Shown: positions 52,993 through 64,000, counted from the first letter of the stretch. The stretch: 64,000 nt of DNA from Bdellovibrionota bacterium (GCA_041740355.1 JBGSMD010000039.1:1-64000); one strand, 5' to 3'. Numbers and translations: made by a program. Notes: generated from the letters alone by a model not told the origin.

Positions 52993-53062
52993 TATCTTAT
53001 TCCCAAAAAATATTTGTGTATGAGTAGTCCCACCACTTAGTGCCTAAAGGCAGAATCAATTA

Positions 53063-53206
53063 TATAGTAAGTCCAAAAGTAATTTCCGTAGGGAATTACT
53101 TTTGGGGGCTTATATCCCCCGGTGGGATAATAAAATCATATAGTTGTGACAAAAATCACAAAACTTACTTTTAAATATTCGGAAAGTATTTTTTGTCATA
53201 ACTATA
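53063..53206. mobile_element. MITE-like element family A2 (140 bp plus TA flanks)
   Basis: TA-TAGTAAGTCCAAAA...TTTGTCATAACTA-TA; inverted homologue of 1-140. Confidence 0.8.
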
Positions 53207-53211
53207 AGTTC

Positions 53212-53955
53212 TTAGCTGGACGTTTGTAACTCTAGAACTTCAACCCTTTTTTTACCTGATTTAACTTGAAAAACCAAATTCTGAGTTAGCTCCACGCAGC
53301 TAAGCATGTTTCCATAAACTAGCCCCGTATCTATCCCTAGCTTACTAGGATAATCATTAAAAATTGTTTTGAATGGTGTATGACCAAATACTATTGTTTT
53401 ATCAAATGAGTGTTGGCTCATAATAAATTCATCCCGAATCCAAAACAAATCTTCATCTCGCTGTGAAGTTAAATCTCGCAGTGGATTTAATCCAGCATGC
53501 GCCACGATAAATTTATCGTAACAAACAATCTTTCTTAAATTTTGAAAGAACTCAATGTGATTTGGGGGAAACTTGGCAAAGATTTCATTAACATCATCTT
53601 TTTGATCAAATCCATAACTAATTAATGTTTGGGCTCCCCCATTTCTAATAAAATTAGCTCCGAATGTCCCGCCTAGTCCCATGAAATCTAAAAACATATC
53701 TTCATGATTTCCCTTTAGAAACTTAGTATTTGGAAAATCTTTGGCAAAATCGATTAAAAAATTTACCAGTGAGCAAGATTCATAGCCACGATCAATATAA
53801 TCCCCAACAAAGACAACTTGATCTGACTGATTTAAAGTTTGTTTTTTCTGAAGATGATCTAATAAGCTAGCTGTCTCTGATAATGTGCCATGAAGATCTC
53901 CAACAACAAAAAGTCTTCCTTCATATGTTTCAATTTTACTTACTTGATCATTCAC
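53212..53955 (-). CDS. Ser/Thr phosphatase-like metallophosphoesterase (PPP)
   Basis: GDLHG, GDYIDRG, GNHE, HAG, GHTP, IDTG. Confidence 0.9.
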   Translation of the reverse strand: MNDQVSKIETYEGRLFVVGDLHGTLSETASLLDHLQKKQTLNQSDQVVFVGDYIDRGYESCSLVNFLIDFAKDFPNTKFLKGNHEDMFLDFMGLGGTFGANFIRNGGAQTLISYGFDQKDDVNEIFAKFPPNHIEFFQNLRKIVCYDKFIVAHAGLNPLRDLTSQRDEDLFWIRDEFIMSQHSFDKTIVFGHTPFKTIFNDYPSKLGIDTGLVYGNMLSCVELTQNLVFQVKSGKKRVEVLELQTSS

Positions 53956-54019
53956 AATAATTACCTTTCATCTGGACAGAGCTAGGGCAGATTAATACAC
54001 TACTTTAAATTAATCTAGA

Positions 54020-55825
54020 CTATTCCTCATTCAACCTTAAAACAGCTAGAAATGCCTCCTGCGGAATCTCCACTTTACCGACACTCTTCATCCGTTTTTT
54101 ACCTTTTTTCTGCTTGTCCAACAATTTACGCTTTCGACTAATGTCACCGCCATAGCACTTTGCTGTTACATTTTTACGTAATGCTTTAACCGTACTTCGA
54201 GCAATAATCTTAGCTCCGATGGCAGCTTGGATTGCAACATCAAACATCTGTCGATCAATAATTTCTTCCAATTTTTCAGTAAGAATTTTTCCTCGGTGAA
54301 ATGCTTGATCCCGGTGAATAATAATTGATAAGGCATCAACATTTTCCCCATTAAGCTTAATATCAAGCTTAACAAGATTATCTTGGCGATAGCTCTTAAC
54401 TTCATAATCAAATGAAGCATAACCACGAGTTCGACTCTTAACACGATCATGAAAATCTAAGATTACTTCACTAAGTGGTAATTCATAAACTAAAACAGCA
54501 CGAGTCTCACCAAAAAAATCCATACTAATTTGAATTCCACGCTTTTCTTCGCAGAGTTTAATTAGATTACCTAAATATTCCTTAGGCGAGTGAATTGTAA
54601 CATGAGCAATAGGTTCTTCAATAAAATCAATATCTCCTGGATCGGGCATCTTAATCGGAGTATCGACATTAATGACTGTTCCGTCATTATGTCTTACTCG
54701 GTAAACAACACTTGGCGCCGTTGTAATTAGATCTAATAAAAATTCACGCTCTAATCGCTCTTGAATAATTTCCATGTGCAAGAGTCCGAGATATCCACAA
54801 CGAAAACCAAATCCTAAAGCAACAGAACTCTCTGGTTCAAAAGTAAAAGAGGCATCATTTAAACTAAGTTTTTCAAGCGCCGTTCTTAAGCTTTCATAAT
54901 CAGCAGCATCAATCGGAAAAAGTCCACCAAAAACCATTGGCTTAACTTCTTTATATCCAGGTAATGCTTCCACTTCAGCTTTTGCAAATGTAACGGTGTC
55001 TCCAATCTTTACATCATGTAGATCTTTGATTGAGGCTGATAAGTAACCAACTTCGCCGGAAGATAGACTAGCAACTTCTTTAGCATGCGGAGTGAACATC
55101 CCAAGTTTATAAACTTCGTATTCCGCACCGGTTTGAATAAATTTAATTTTATCACCCTTTTTGATTGCCCCATCAAAAACTCGTACTTGAATTAAGACAC
55201 CAAGATAGGAATCAAACCATGAATCATAAACTAGAGCTCTTAGTGGTGCATTAACATCCCCTCGAGTTGGAGGTGGGACTCTTTTAACAATAGCTTCCAA
55301 CATTTCTTCAATCCCGATTCCAGTTTTACCACTTACATGTAGGGCTTCACTGGCATCGATTCCGATCACATTCTCAATTTCTTCAGCAACACGATCAGGA
55401 TCCGCACTATTTAAATCAATTTTGTTAAGTGCTGGAATAATTTCTAAATTATTATCAATTGCTAAGTAAACATTGGCCAAAGTTTGCGCTTCTACACCTT
55501 GAGTAGCATCAACAACTAACAATGCTCCCTCACAGGCAGAGAGACTTCGGGAAACTTCATAACTAAAATCAACGTGCCCAGGAGTATCAATTAAGTTCAA
55601 ACGGTAAGTAATTCCATCTTTCGCTGGATAATTAATACAAACTGTTTGAGCTTTAATAGTAATCCCACGCTCTCTCTCAATATCCATTTTATCTAAAAAT
55701 TGAGATTGCATTTCCCTAGAAGTTAGCGCTTTGGTAAATTCCAAAATTCGATCAGCGAGTGTCGACTTACCATGGTCGATGTGGGCTATGATACTGAAGT
55801 TACGTATTAGTGATTTATTGTACAT
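54020..55825 (-). CDS. lepA: Elongation factor 4 (LepA)
   Basis: [32 protein letters not shown]. Confidence 0.97.
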   Translation of the reverse strand: MYNKSLIRNFSIIAHIDHGKSTLADRILEFTKALTSREMQSQFLDKMDIERERGITIKAQTVCINYPAKDGITYRLNLIDTPGHVDFSYEVSRSLSACEGALLVVDATQGVEAQTLANVYLAIDNNLEIIPALNKIDLNSADPDRVAEEIENVIGIDASEALHVSGKTGIGIEEMLEAIVKRVPPPTRGDVNAPLRALVYDSWFDSYLGVLIQVRVFDGAIKKGDKIKFIQTGAEYEVYKLGMFTPHAKEVASLSSGEVGYLSASIKDLHDVKIGDTVTFAKAEVEALPGYKEVKPMVFGGLFPIDAADYESLRTALEKLSLNDASFTFEPESSVALGFGFRCGYLGLLHMEIIQERLEREFLLDLITTAPSVVYRVRHNDGTVINVDTPIKMPDPGDIDFIEEPIAHVTIHSPKEYLGNLIKLCEEKRGIQISMDFFGETRAVLVYELPLSEVILDFHDRVKSRTRGYASFDYEVKSYRQDNLVKLDIKLNGENVDALSIIIHRDQAFHRGKILTEKLEEIIDRQMFDVAIQAAIGAKIIARSTVKALRKNVTAKCYGGDISRKRKLLDKQKKGKKRMKSVGKVEIPQEAFLAVLRLNEE

Positions 55826-55829
55826 ACTA

Positions 55830-55931
55830 CTAGGAAAAAAATGCTGTTTGCTCGTTTAAGCGTTTGAAATTTTTACAAAAAATTTCATCGGCAATGATAC
55901 TGAAGTTACGAATGAGACTCTTATTATACAT
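55830..55931 (-). other. 33-codon uORF / displaced lepA 5' end
   Basis: Translates to [33 protein letters not shown]; first 14 aa identical to LepA. Confidence 0.75.
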
Positions 55932-56012
55932 ATGGGTACAAAACTATATTCTTGGCATTTAAAGCATTTCAAGTTAACGAGTGCGAAATGATATCACAAC
56001 TAGTAATTTAGT

Positions 56013-56136
56013 GTAAGCTTTCAAGTTTATTCGAGTTCTAGGAAGAAGGTTCTTCTCAAGCGCAGCTGTACTTGGAGTACAGCGAGCATTGAGAGGGTTC
56101 TTCTGACGTCGAAATCGGATAAAATTGAAAGCTTAC
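56013..56136. repeat. About 124-bp imperfect palindrome (ERIC/RPE-like MITE)
   Basis: GTAAGCTTTCAA...TTGAAAGCTTAC ends, central GCTGTACT-TGG-AGTACAGC. Confidence 0.75.
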
Positions 56137-57053
56137 TGATGACTGGCAAACCACTGATAAGTGTCTTGAAGTCCGGAGGCTAAATCTAATTTTGGAGACC
56201 AGCCCAGTAATTCTTTAGCTCTTGTGGAGGTAATTACACTGCGTTCCTGATCCCCTGCTCTTTGAGGCCCATAACTGGCTGGAATATTAAAGTTACCAGC
56301 TTTTATAATTTGCTGGTAAAGTTCATTTACTGAAGTTTCAATTCCAGTGCCAATATTGAAAGTATTAGTTATCCGTTGCTCTATAACAGATTCAATTGCC
56401 GAAACAACATCTAAGACATTCACATAATCTCTAGTAAATTTACCTGTGCCATTTATTGTTGGAATTTCACCACTAAGTAACTTCTTCAAAAATATTGCTA
56501 CAACTCCAGCTTCACCATGAGGATTTTGTCGAGGTCCATAAACATTAGCTAAGCGCAAAACTGCATACTTGAGTCCATAAACTCTCTGCCAAAGTGCTAA
56601 GTATTGCTCCACCACTGCTTTTGACTGACCATAAACACTTGTTGGTCGTAAAGCATGATCTTCTGGTGCAGGAAAAACATCTTGTTCTCCATATAGAGCA
56701 CCACCAGTGGAAATAAAAACAAAGAAAGGAAAATTATGTTTATCTAAGGCATTCAGTAAGTTTACAGTACCTTGCACATTGACTTTCACATCATGCAAAG
56801 GATCTTTCATGCTATCACTTACGGACATCTGAGCAGCTGTGTGAATAATAATATCTGGCTTAAAATACTTTATGGTATGAGCCGCTTCGGCATCGCAAAT
56901 ATCTTGTTGGAAAAACTGTGCCCGATCAGACAAATTATCAAGTGACCCGCTAGACAGATCGTCAATCACTGCAACTTCAAAGTTTTTTGCAACTAAACGA
57001 TCCACTACATGCGAACCAATAAACCCTGCTCCTCCAGTAACTAATGCTCTCAT
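56133..57053 (-). CDS. UDP-glucose 4-epimerase-like SDR
   Basis: [35 protein letters not shown]. Confidence 0.88.
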   Translation of the reverse strand: MRALVTGGAGFIGSHVVDRLVAKNFEVAVIDDLSSGSLDNLSDRAQFFQQDICDAEAAHTIKYFKPDIIIHTAAQMSVSDSMKDPLHDVKVNVQGTVNLLNALDKHNFPFFVFISTGGALYGEQDVFPAPEDHALRPTSVYGQSKAVVEQYLALWQRVYGLKYAVLRLANVYGPRQNPHGEAGVVAIFLKKLLSGEIPTINGTGKFTRDYVNVLDVVSAIESVIEQRITNTFNIGTGIETSVNELYQQIIKAGNFNIPASYGPQRAGDQERSVITSTRAKELLGWSPKLDLASGLQDTYQWFASHQ

Positions 57054-57982
57054 TACATTCTTGCTTTAAAATCACTAATTGTTTTGCCTAATCCGGTTTC
57101 TAAATTAATAACTGGCTCCCAAGCAAGTTCACTCTTAGCTAAACTAATATCAGGCTTACGACGCATTGGGTCATTCACTCGAAAATCTTGATAAACAAGT
57201 TCGGACTTGCTTTCGGTCATAGCAATTACTTGCTGAGCTAATTCTAAAATAGTCATCTCCTTAGGATTTCCTAAATTCACAGGTCCACTAAAACCATCTT
57301 TATTCATCGTCGCAATAATTCCATTTACTAAATCACTACAGTAACAAAAAGACCTAGTCTGCGATCCATCACCATGAATTTCAATTTTTTCATTATTAAG
57401 CGCTTTCACAATAAAATTAGAAACTACTCGACCATCATCAAATAACATCCGTGGACCATAAGTATTAAAAATACGAATAATTTTGGCATCTACACCATTA
57501 TGAATTCGGTAATCATTAGTTAATGTTTCCGCCACACGCTTCCCTTCATCATAACAACTTCTTGGACCAACTGTATTTACATTTCCATAATATGATTCAC
57601 GTTGAGGGTGCTCTAGCGGATCGCCATAAACTTCAGAGGTCGAAGCCATTAAAAATTTTGCGCCAACGCGCTTGGCAAGTCCCAACATATTGATCGTCCC
57701 AATTACACTAGTTTTAATAGTCTTAATTGGGTTGTATTGATAATGAACAGGTGATGCTGGACAGGCCATGTGATAAATCTCATCAACTTCTAGCAAAATT
57801 GGCAATGTTACATCATGACGAATAAATTCAAATTTAGAGCTTTTTTCAGCATCAACTAAATTTATTTTTCTTCCCGTAAATAGGTTATCCAAAGCTAGTA
57901 CTTCATGACCTTGCGATAAAAGCTGATCACATAAGTGTGAACCAATAAAACCGGCTCCACCGGTAACTAGTATTCTTGACAT
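57053..57982 (-). CDS. uxs: UDP-glucuronate decarboxylase (UDP-xylose synthase)
   Basis: [32 protein letters not shown]. Confidence 0.92.
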   Translation of the reverse strand: MSRILVTGGAGFIGSHLCDQLLSQGHEVLALDNLFTGRKINLVDAEKSSKFEFIRHDVTLPILLEVDEIYHMACPASPVHYQYNPIKTIKTSVIGTINMLGLAKRVGAKFLMASTSEVYGDPLEHPQRESYYGNVNTVGPRSCYDEGKRVAETLTNDYRIHNGVDAKIIRIFNTYGPRMLFDDGRVVSNFIVKALNNEKIEIHGDGSQTRSFCYCSDLVNGIIATMNKDGFSGPVNLGNPKEMTILELAQQVIAMTESKSELVYQDFRVNDPMRRKPDISLAKSELAWEPVINLETGLGKTISDFKARM

Positions 57983-57986
57983 TGAA

Positions 57987-59312
57987 TTAAACTCCTAAAA
58001 CTGTTGCGCGACCGATAGAATGATATGTTAAACCAAAATTGGCAACCATCTCGGGATCAAATAAATTTCTGCCGTCAAACATCACTTTGTCTTTAACCTT
58101 ACTTGCTATTATCTTAAAATCCGGATTACGAAATTCGTTCCATTCAGTACATACAATTAAGGCATCAACATTTTCTAATGCTTGATAACTTTGCTCAAAA
58201 TAGCTGATGGCATCGTTTTGCCCAAAGTATTCAGGGAATGTTTTTAGTGCTTCCGGATCGTATGCTTGAATCTTAGCTCCACGACCAATAAGTTCACGAC
58301 AAATTGTTTGGGCAGGAGCTTCTCGCACATCATCTGTCTGTGGTTTGAAAGCTAAGCCCCAAACAGCGAATGTCTTGCCACAGATTTTTTCATTACCATA
58401 GTGACTTAAGATTTTTTTAATAATCAACTGCTTTTGTAAATAATTCACATCCTCCACCGCCGTAGCAATTTTAAGATCCACTCCATTATCCTTAGCAGTT
58501 CTAACTAAAGCCTGAACATCTTTTGGAAAACAAGAGCCCCCGTAACCAATACCTGGAAAAAGAAAGCTCATCCCAATTCGAGCATCTGTTCCCATGCCAA
58601 GTCTAACTTTAGTAACATCAGCGCCAACTTTTTCGCAAAGCAGAGAAATCTCATTCATAAATGAGATTCGCGTTGCTAACATGGCATTGGCGGCATACTT
58701 AGTCATTTCAGCGGAAGCAACATCCATGAAAATTATTGGATTGTTAGTTCTAACAAAAGGAGCATAAAGCTCTTTCATGATTTTAGTAGCTCGCTCACTT
58801 TCCACGCCGACTACAACTCGGTCAGGCTTTAAAAAATCATCAAGTGCAGCTCCTTCCTTAAGAAACTCAGGATTAGAGACAACATCAAATTCTTGATCAC
58901 TGTATTCCGCAATTACAGCTTTAACTTTGGCCGCAGTTCCAACTGGTACCGTTGATTTATCAACAATAACTTTATATCCATTAAGATTCTTCCCAATTCC
59001 TTCCGCAACTTTTAGAACATGTTGTAAATCAGCCGCACCATCTTCATCTTGTGGCGTACCAACAGCGACAAATATTACGGTAGAATCTTCAACGCCTTTT
59101 TTTAGATTACTTGTAAAAGTTAAACGCTTTTTACCAATATTCCTAGCTAATAAATCACTTAGTCCTGGCTCATAAATTGGACATTCGCCATTATTCAATT
59201 TGGCAATTTTATCTTCATTGATATCAACACCGATAACCTGATTACCATGCTCCGCAAAACAAGCAGCAGCGACTAAACCAACATATCCACTTCCGATAAC
59301 ACAAATATTCAC
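57987..59312 (-). CDS. ugd: UDP-glucose 6-dehydrogenase
   Basis: [27 protein letters not shown]; GTG 59312 is the likely start. Confidence 0.94.
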   Translation of the reverse strand: MNICVIGSGYVGLVAAACFAEHGNQVIGVDINEDKIAKLNNGECPIYEPGLSDLLARNIGKKRLTFTSNLKKGVEDSTVIFVAVGTPQDEDGAADLQHVLKVAEGIGKNLNGYKVIVDKSTVPVGTAAKVKAVIAEYSDQEFDVVSNPEFLKEGAALDDFLKPDRVVVGVESERATKIMKELYAPFVRTNNPIIFMDVASAEMTKYAANAMLATRISFMNEISLLCEKVGADVTKVRLGMGTDARIGMSFLFPGIGYGGSCFPKDVQALVRTAKDNGVDLKIATAVEDVNYLQKQLIIKKILSHYGNEKICGKTFAVWGLAFKPQTDDVREAPAQTICRELIGRGAKIQAYDPEALKTFPEYFGQNDAISYFEQSYQALENVDALIVCTEWNEFRNPDFKIIASKVKDKVMFDGRNLFDPEMVANFGLTYHSIGRATVLGV

Positions 59313-59594
59313 GGGCCCCCCAAAGTAGTTCGAATAAATCAGCAAAATCAATCGCTTACTGATTTTTTCTAAACCGTAATAAATCTTTGTTAATTTATTA
59401 CACTTTTTTACAGATAGTGGCTAGTAGTCTGCTTTTTTGTCTTTGACTGCTAATTATTGGTTTTTCTAGCATATCTCAATTTAGTTTATTCCCCATTTTT
59501 TAAATTTTAAGAACAACTAAAAGCCACTATTTTCGATTCACAAGTGCAAATTAAGTAACTCCATTATTGAATAATAGATACGGAATAAACTATA

Positions 59595-59948
59595 ATGAAA
59601 TTTAAAGAGATGATAAAGCTAATTGAAGCAGATGGTTGGATTTTAGTAAGAACAAAAGGTAGTCATCAGCAATTTAAACATCCAGTTAAAAATGGAATTG
59701 TGACTGTTGCTGGTAAAGGTATTTCCGAGATTGCACCAGGAACATTATAGTGAGTCCAAAAAATAAATTACTTTAAAAGACTATCGACTTTGCTTGGACT
59801 CACTATTTATGTTGTTTTTAGCTATGCAAACTTGGATAAAACCAAGATTTGCATTAGCCGTAATGACTCTGTTCAATTTACTAACGTAAATTGTCTTGTC
59901 TTTACTATAAACAGCATACTTAAACAAGCAGGACTGAAAAATGATTAA
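59595..59948 (+). pseudogene. hicA: HicA toxin interrupted by a MITE
   Basis: Removing the 160-bp element and one TA restores MKFKEMIKLIEADGWILVRTKGSHQQFKHPVKNGIVTVAGKGISEIAPGTLNSILKQAGLKND* (63 aa). Confidence 0.9.
59746..59909. mobile_element. MITE family A1 (160 bp) with TA target-site duplication
   Basis: TA-TAGTGAGTCCAAAA...TGTCTTTACTA-TA; the empty site can be reconstructed from the hicA frame. Confidence 0.92.
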
Positions 59949-60162
59949 AAAATATTTAGTAATTATTGAAGAAACAAACACCGGATATTCCGCTTATTGC
60001 CCTGATTTACCAGGATGCATTGCCACTGGAAAGACTAATCGAGAAGTTGAAAAAAACATGACCGAAGCAATTGAATTTCATTTAAAAGGTTTAATAAACA
60101 ATGGTTTCAGAATTCCTATACCTAAGAGTTACTCAACCTATCATGAAGTTAAAGCAGCCTAA
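59941..60162 (+). CDS. hicB: HicB family antitoxin
   Basis: Y.VIIE...GYSAYCPDLPGC.ATG.T..E...EAI..HL; overlaps the hicA end. Confidence 0.9.
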   Translation: MIKKYLVIIEETNTGYSAYCPDLPGCIATGKTNREVEKNMTEAIEFHLKGLINNGFRIPIPKSYSTYHEVKAA

Positions 60163-60180
60163 AATCAAATGACCTAATCA

Positions 60181-61584
60181 CTAATAAGCATTTTTATTGA
60201 TTAGACCCTTAAAAAAGGTCATGAGTAAAATCTTAATATCAAAAAATAGCGACCAATTGGTAATGTAGTAGAGATCAAATTCTATCCGCTTATCAATGGA
60301 AGTGTTGCCTCTCCAACCATTAACTTGTGCCCATCCAGTGATTCCCGCAGGAACTTTATGACGAAGCATATAATTAGGAATCTTATGGCGAAAATCCGAG
60401 ATATAAACTGGACGTTCCGGCCTTGGCCCAACTAAGGACATGTCCCCTCGAAAAACGTTAAACAACTGAGGAAATTCATCCAAACTAGTAGAACGTAAAA
60501 TTTTACCGATCCAAGTTACTCGACAATCGTTTTTTGTTGTCCAGCCAGGACCTTCCTGTTCGGCATCAAACGTCATGGTCCTAAATTTATAAATATTGAA
60601 GGTCTTGCCATCAAGACTAGCTCGCTCTTGCTTGTAAAATACGGGACCACGAGAAGAATATTTAACTATAATAGCAATAAGCAAAAATAGCGGAGAAAGT
60701 ATAAGTAAACCAATAAATGAAGAAACTAGATCAAAGAATCTTTTTGCTTGAAGATTAATCCCATTTAAAGGTGAATCTTGAATGTTAATAACAGGCAAAC
60801 CTTCAAACTCTTCAATTGACCCACCGACGCTAACAAAGCGATAAATGTCCGGAATAATTTTAATATCCACTAAAGAATCACCAGTTCGTTCTAATATCTC
60901 AGTAAGCAAATAATGATCTTCTAGTGGTAGTGCTATCACGATTTGATCAATTGCTTTCTCTTCCAAGAGGCGATCTAAATCATAGTAAGAACCTAAAACA
61001 GGCATCCCCCACGGTCCCTTTTCCTCAGTCCCAGTTTTAGATATACATCCAATTAATTGAATTCCTAGCTCACGGTGCAACCTAACTCGACTAGCAATAT
61101 CAGCTGCTACCTGACCAGCACCTACAATTAACATGTAACGTAAGTTGTAGCCTTTACGGCGAACTTCTCGCAGGAAAAACCTTAAGAATAATCTTTCTGC
61201 AATTGAAAAAATTGTTGCTGCGACCCCAAAGTAAATAAAAACTAACCTAGAAAAGGCAATTTCCTTTTCTTTTAATAAAAATGTTAGTGCTATTAAAATC
61301 AATACTGCAACTAAATTGGCATTAATCAACAACAGTATTTCTTTTGTGCGACGAACACCCCGCATCGGCTTATACAGTCCGGTTCGTTTATATACCGTTG
61401 CCCAAATTACCCAAATATATACCATCATGAATAAATATTCAGTGAAGGATGGTAATCCATAATATACTGGGACCCAGCCACTATGGAAGCGGAGCCAAAA
61501 AGCAAAAATCCACGCGATGCTAATGACGATCAAATCGGCAATTACATAAAGGATCTCAAAAAATTGTCTTTTTTGCTTAAGCAT
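60181..61584 (-). CDS. Undecaprenyl-phosphate glucose phosphotransferase (WcaJ-like)
   Basis: KR.FD, YKFRTM, SLDEFPQ, MSLVGPRPE, GITGWAQ. Confidence 0.92.
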   Translation of the reverse strand: MLKQKRQFFEILYVIADLIVISIAWIFAFWLRFHSGWVPVYYGLPSFTEYLFMMVYIWVIWATVYKRTGLYKPMRGVRRTKEILLLINANLVAVLILIALTFLLKEKEIAFSRLVFIYFGVAATIFSIAERLFLRFFLREVRRKGYNLRYMLIVGAGQVAADIASRVRLHRELGIQLIGCISKTGTEEKGPWGMPVLGSYYDLDRLLEEKAIDQIVIALPLEDHYLLTEILERTGDSLVDIKIIPDIYRFVSVGGSIEEFEGLPVINIQDSPLNGINLQAKRFFDLVSSFIGLLILSPLFLLIAIIVKYSSRGPVFYKQERASLDGKTFNIYKFRTMTFDAEQEGPGWTTKNDCRVTWIGKILRSTSLDEFPQLFNVFRGDMSLVGPRPERPVYISDFRHKIPNYMLRHKVPAGITGWAQVNGWRGNTSIDKRIEFDLYYITNWSLFFDIKILLMTFFKGLINKNAY

Positions 61585-61595
61585 TAATAGTGATT

Positions 61596-62750
61596 TTATC
61601 GTTTTGTGCTGAGATGTCCAGACTCAATTAAAGTTTTAATTAGAGCATACCAACTAGTTCTAAAATGTTCTAAGTCAAACTTTTTGGCTTGTAAGCGACA
61701 ATCTTCTGCTAGAAATGATTCTTCCTGGCTAATAAAACATTTAACACCTTCGTTTATTTCATAAACTAGATTTTCATATTTATAACGAAAGAAAACACCT
61801 GTGCGCTGTCCACATTGGTCTGAGATATCTTCCCAATATTTAAGATTTTCTAAACTTTCTCTTAAGGCGCCAGTGTAAGGGGCAATAACTGGTAAACCAC
61901 AAGCTAAACTTTCCACAGGTATTAAACCAAAATCTTCTTTAGCAGCAAAGATTAAAGCTCGTGATTGCTGATAGAGTTCCGCCAATTGCTTGTCACTTAC
62001 TTTTCCCAGAAATTTGATATTAGCTTTGCTGATACTTTGCAATTTTTCCCTCTGAGGACCAGTACCAGCAATTACCAAAGGAAGACCGTTCAAATTAAAT
62101 GCTTCCACAATTTGAGTCACATTTTTGTATGGGACCAAAGCACCCGCGTATAAAAAAGATTGATTCCGACGATTCTCATTGCTAAGTTCTGGCTCTAACC
62201 AAAAATCTTTAATAGGTGGATAAATTACAACCGAGGTTCTCTTATAAAAACATCGAATGCGTGCGGCTACAAACCTACTAATTCCAACAAACTGAGTTAC
62301 TCCTTTGACACAATAGCGATCCCAAAAACGAAGTGTTAAAAGAATTGGCGCAAAAAAATAGCTAAGCCAGCCAAAGTAATTTAACATTTGATCCCAGGCA
62401 TAACGCATCGGCGTAAAACAATAGCAGACATGACAAGCTGGAGCTTTAACTAAAACATTTTTTGCCACGGCATGGTTTAGTGAAATGACTAAATCATATC
62501 CCTCAACTTTTAGATTACGAACAGCAAAAGGAAATAATGGTAATAGCCACCGATAAATCAGGGCGATGTACGGAATTTTATTTAAAAATGAAACTTGCTT
62601 AACCCGAGCATCAATTTGAGAATTTGTAGTCCCAGGAATATGAATTAGAGTAAAAATATCAGCTTCAGGGTAGAGATTAAGAAATTCCTCTAAGCAACGC
62701 TCCCCACCTCGCATCCCTGTTAACCAATCATGTACTAATGCTACTTTCAT
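61596..62750 (-). CDS. GT4 glycosyltransferase
   Basis: HDWLTGMRGGE, TPMRYAW, EDFGLIPVE. Confidence 0.9.
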   Translation of the reverse strand: MKVALVHDWLTGMRGGERCLEEFLNLYPEADIFTLIHIPGTTNSQIDARVKQVSFLNKIPYIALIYRWLLPLFPFAVRNLKVEGYDLVISLNHAVAKNVLVKAPACHVCYCFTPMRYAWDQMLNYFGWLSYFFAPILLTLRFWDRYCVKGVTQFVGISRFVAARIRCFYKRTSVVIYPPIKDFWLEPELSNENRRNQSFLYAGALVPYKNVTQIVEAFNLNGLPLVIAGTGPQREKLQSISKANIKFLGKVSDKQLAELYQQSRALIFAAKEDFGLIPVESLACGLPVIAPYTGALRESLENLKYWEDISDQCGQRTGVFFRYKYENLVYEINEGVKCFISQEESFLAEDCRLQAKKFDLEHFRTSWYALIKTLIESGHLSTKR

Positions 62751-63852
62751 TACTTAGGATTTTTCTATAATAATCTAGTAATTTATCAGATAAACTTAAA
62801 AGATCATAATTACTTAATTCATAACTATACTTCTTCCTACTATCCTGCTCATAGAATTTAAGAATTGCCTTTGCTAATGATTCCTGGCTAAAATCCACCG
62901 CAACGACATCTCCATTACCAATTAATTCTTGAATCGCTGGAATTGGACGAACAATCACTGGTGTGCCTTGGCTATGTGCTTGAAGAACTGGCAAAGAAAA
63001 CCCTTCCACTAACGAAGGGACTACTAAAGCTTCGGCTTGTGCCATTGTGCTTACTAATTCCGCATCAGATAAAGCACCTAAATTAATAATTTGCGGGTAA
63101 TCCCGTAATATTTTTTGGACATGAGGATTTGTAACTTTTTCTAGCTCCTTACCCACTAGTACCAAATAAAAATCCTTAGGGATTTGCTGCTTGAGAATTA
63201 ACTGACTAAATACTTTTAATAAATCAAGACAACCTTTATGAGGTTTTAAATTAGAGAAAAGTGCCATGATAAATTTCTTGGCTTCGATTCGTGGATTTTT
63301 AATCGTCGAAACTTCTTTACTGGACTCCCTGAAATTTTGACTAATTACATTTGGAATAATAGTTAGCTTATTGGCTACAAATTGATGGAAATATTTTTTA
63401 ATGATTCCGGCAGATGACTTACTAACAGTTAAAACTCCAGTAGCCTGCTTAATTGAATTTCCAATAATTAGTTTGGCTATAAGTGGATAATAAAACTTTT
63501 CAGGATGAGTGATTTGAATTAGATCGTGGATTGTAATCACGCTGGGGATCGGCAAATTACGCGGTATTGTTATGAATGGCGTATGATAAAGATCAAATTC
63601 TGTAAAATCTATTCTTTTGGTAAGATTAAAATACTCGTCTAAGGAAAGTACTTTTGCCAAATCTTCTTTCCAGTCCACCAAATTTAACCAAGAAAAATTT
63701 TCAGCTAAGATTTTATTTTTTTGATGAGGATTAATTAACAAGCAAAGTTTAAATTCAGTGCTTCGCGCAAGTGCTTCGATTAAATTTCGGGTATAAACTC
63801 CAATACCACCATCAAATATCTTACGAGCATCAAGTATTAGTCGGATCGTCAC
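62728..63852 (-). CDS. GT4 glycosyltransferase
   Basis: GGIG.Y, TIHD, PHKG, PSLVEGFSLP. Confidence 0.88.
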   Translation of the reverse strand: MTIRLILDARKIFDGGIGVYTRNLIEALARSTEFKLCLLINPHQKNKILAENFSWLNLVDWKEDLAKVLSLDEYFNLTKRIDFTEFDLYHTPFITIPRNLPIPSVITIHDLIQITHPEKFYYPLIAKLIIGNSIKQATGVLTVSKSSAGIIKKYFHQFVANKLTIIPNVISQNFRESSKEVSTIKNPRIEAKKFIMALFSNLKPHKGCLDLLKVFSQLILKQQIPKDFYLVLVGKELEKVTNPHVQKILRDYPQIINLGALSDAELVSTMAQAEALVVPSLVEGFSLPVLQAHSQGTPVIVRPIPAIQELIGNGDVVAVDFSQESLAKAILKFYEQDSRKKYSYELSNYDLLSLSDKLLDYYRKILSNESSIST

Positions 63853-63855
63853 TCG

Positions 63856-64000
63856 TTATTTGATTGCAGCCTGTCTTGACCAAGTTGATTCAGCAGTCTG
63901 GCTAAGAACACTTTTCTTGCCAGGCTCAATAAATCTTCGAACTGAATAAATACTTTTATTCTGAGACTCATAATATGTTCGAGCTAATACTTCGGCTAAA
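63856..64000 (-). CDS. C-terminus of a probable GT2 glycosyltransferase (partial)
   Basis: Reads LAEVLARTYYESQNKSIYSVRR...*, typical of ArnC/DPM-like GT2 tails. Confidence 0.5.
   Translation of the reverse strand, partial: LAEVLARTYYESQNKSIYSVRRFIEPGKKSVLSQTAESTWSRQAAIK

Noticed and set aside
63975-63998. GCCGAAGTATTAGC match (minus strand) to the mini-hairpin module
   Set aside because: Encodes the typical LAEVLAR GT2 tail and lacks the closing stem; likely chance

Overview
AT-rich chromosomal window from a Gram-negative bacterium (lpxL, lptD, Omp85; the long HflX and mevalonate kinase are compatible with a delta-proteobacterial/Bdellovibrionota-like lineage, which is inference). It holds housekeeping genes (coaE, hflX, corA, tRNA-Met, clpB, efp, accD, folE, gnd, lepA), a membrane glycosyltransferase cluster (16-25 kb) and large nucleotide-sugar/surface-polysaccharide blocks (39-44 kb, 50-64 kb). 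Main observations: (1) A lone Xer-like tyrosine recombinase sits near a symmetric 11-6-11 dif-like site and two half-site copies that begin or end at the arm/spacer boundary. The same locus carries a diverged duplicate of the recombinase 3' end, a type IV pilin gene and two AAA-DUF4143 genes with palindrome-covered, apparently leaderless promoters. (2) A 33-codon uORF repeats the first 14 aa of LepA using synonymous codons. (3) Several families of TA-flanked, modular or nested MITE-like palindromic elements supply stop codons to genes, and one cleanly interrupts a hicA toxin gene. (4) Three intact ORFs have apparently lost catalytic motifs (M50, methyltransferase-like, CbiA-like). All calls come from reading the sequence by eye; no searches were run.
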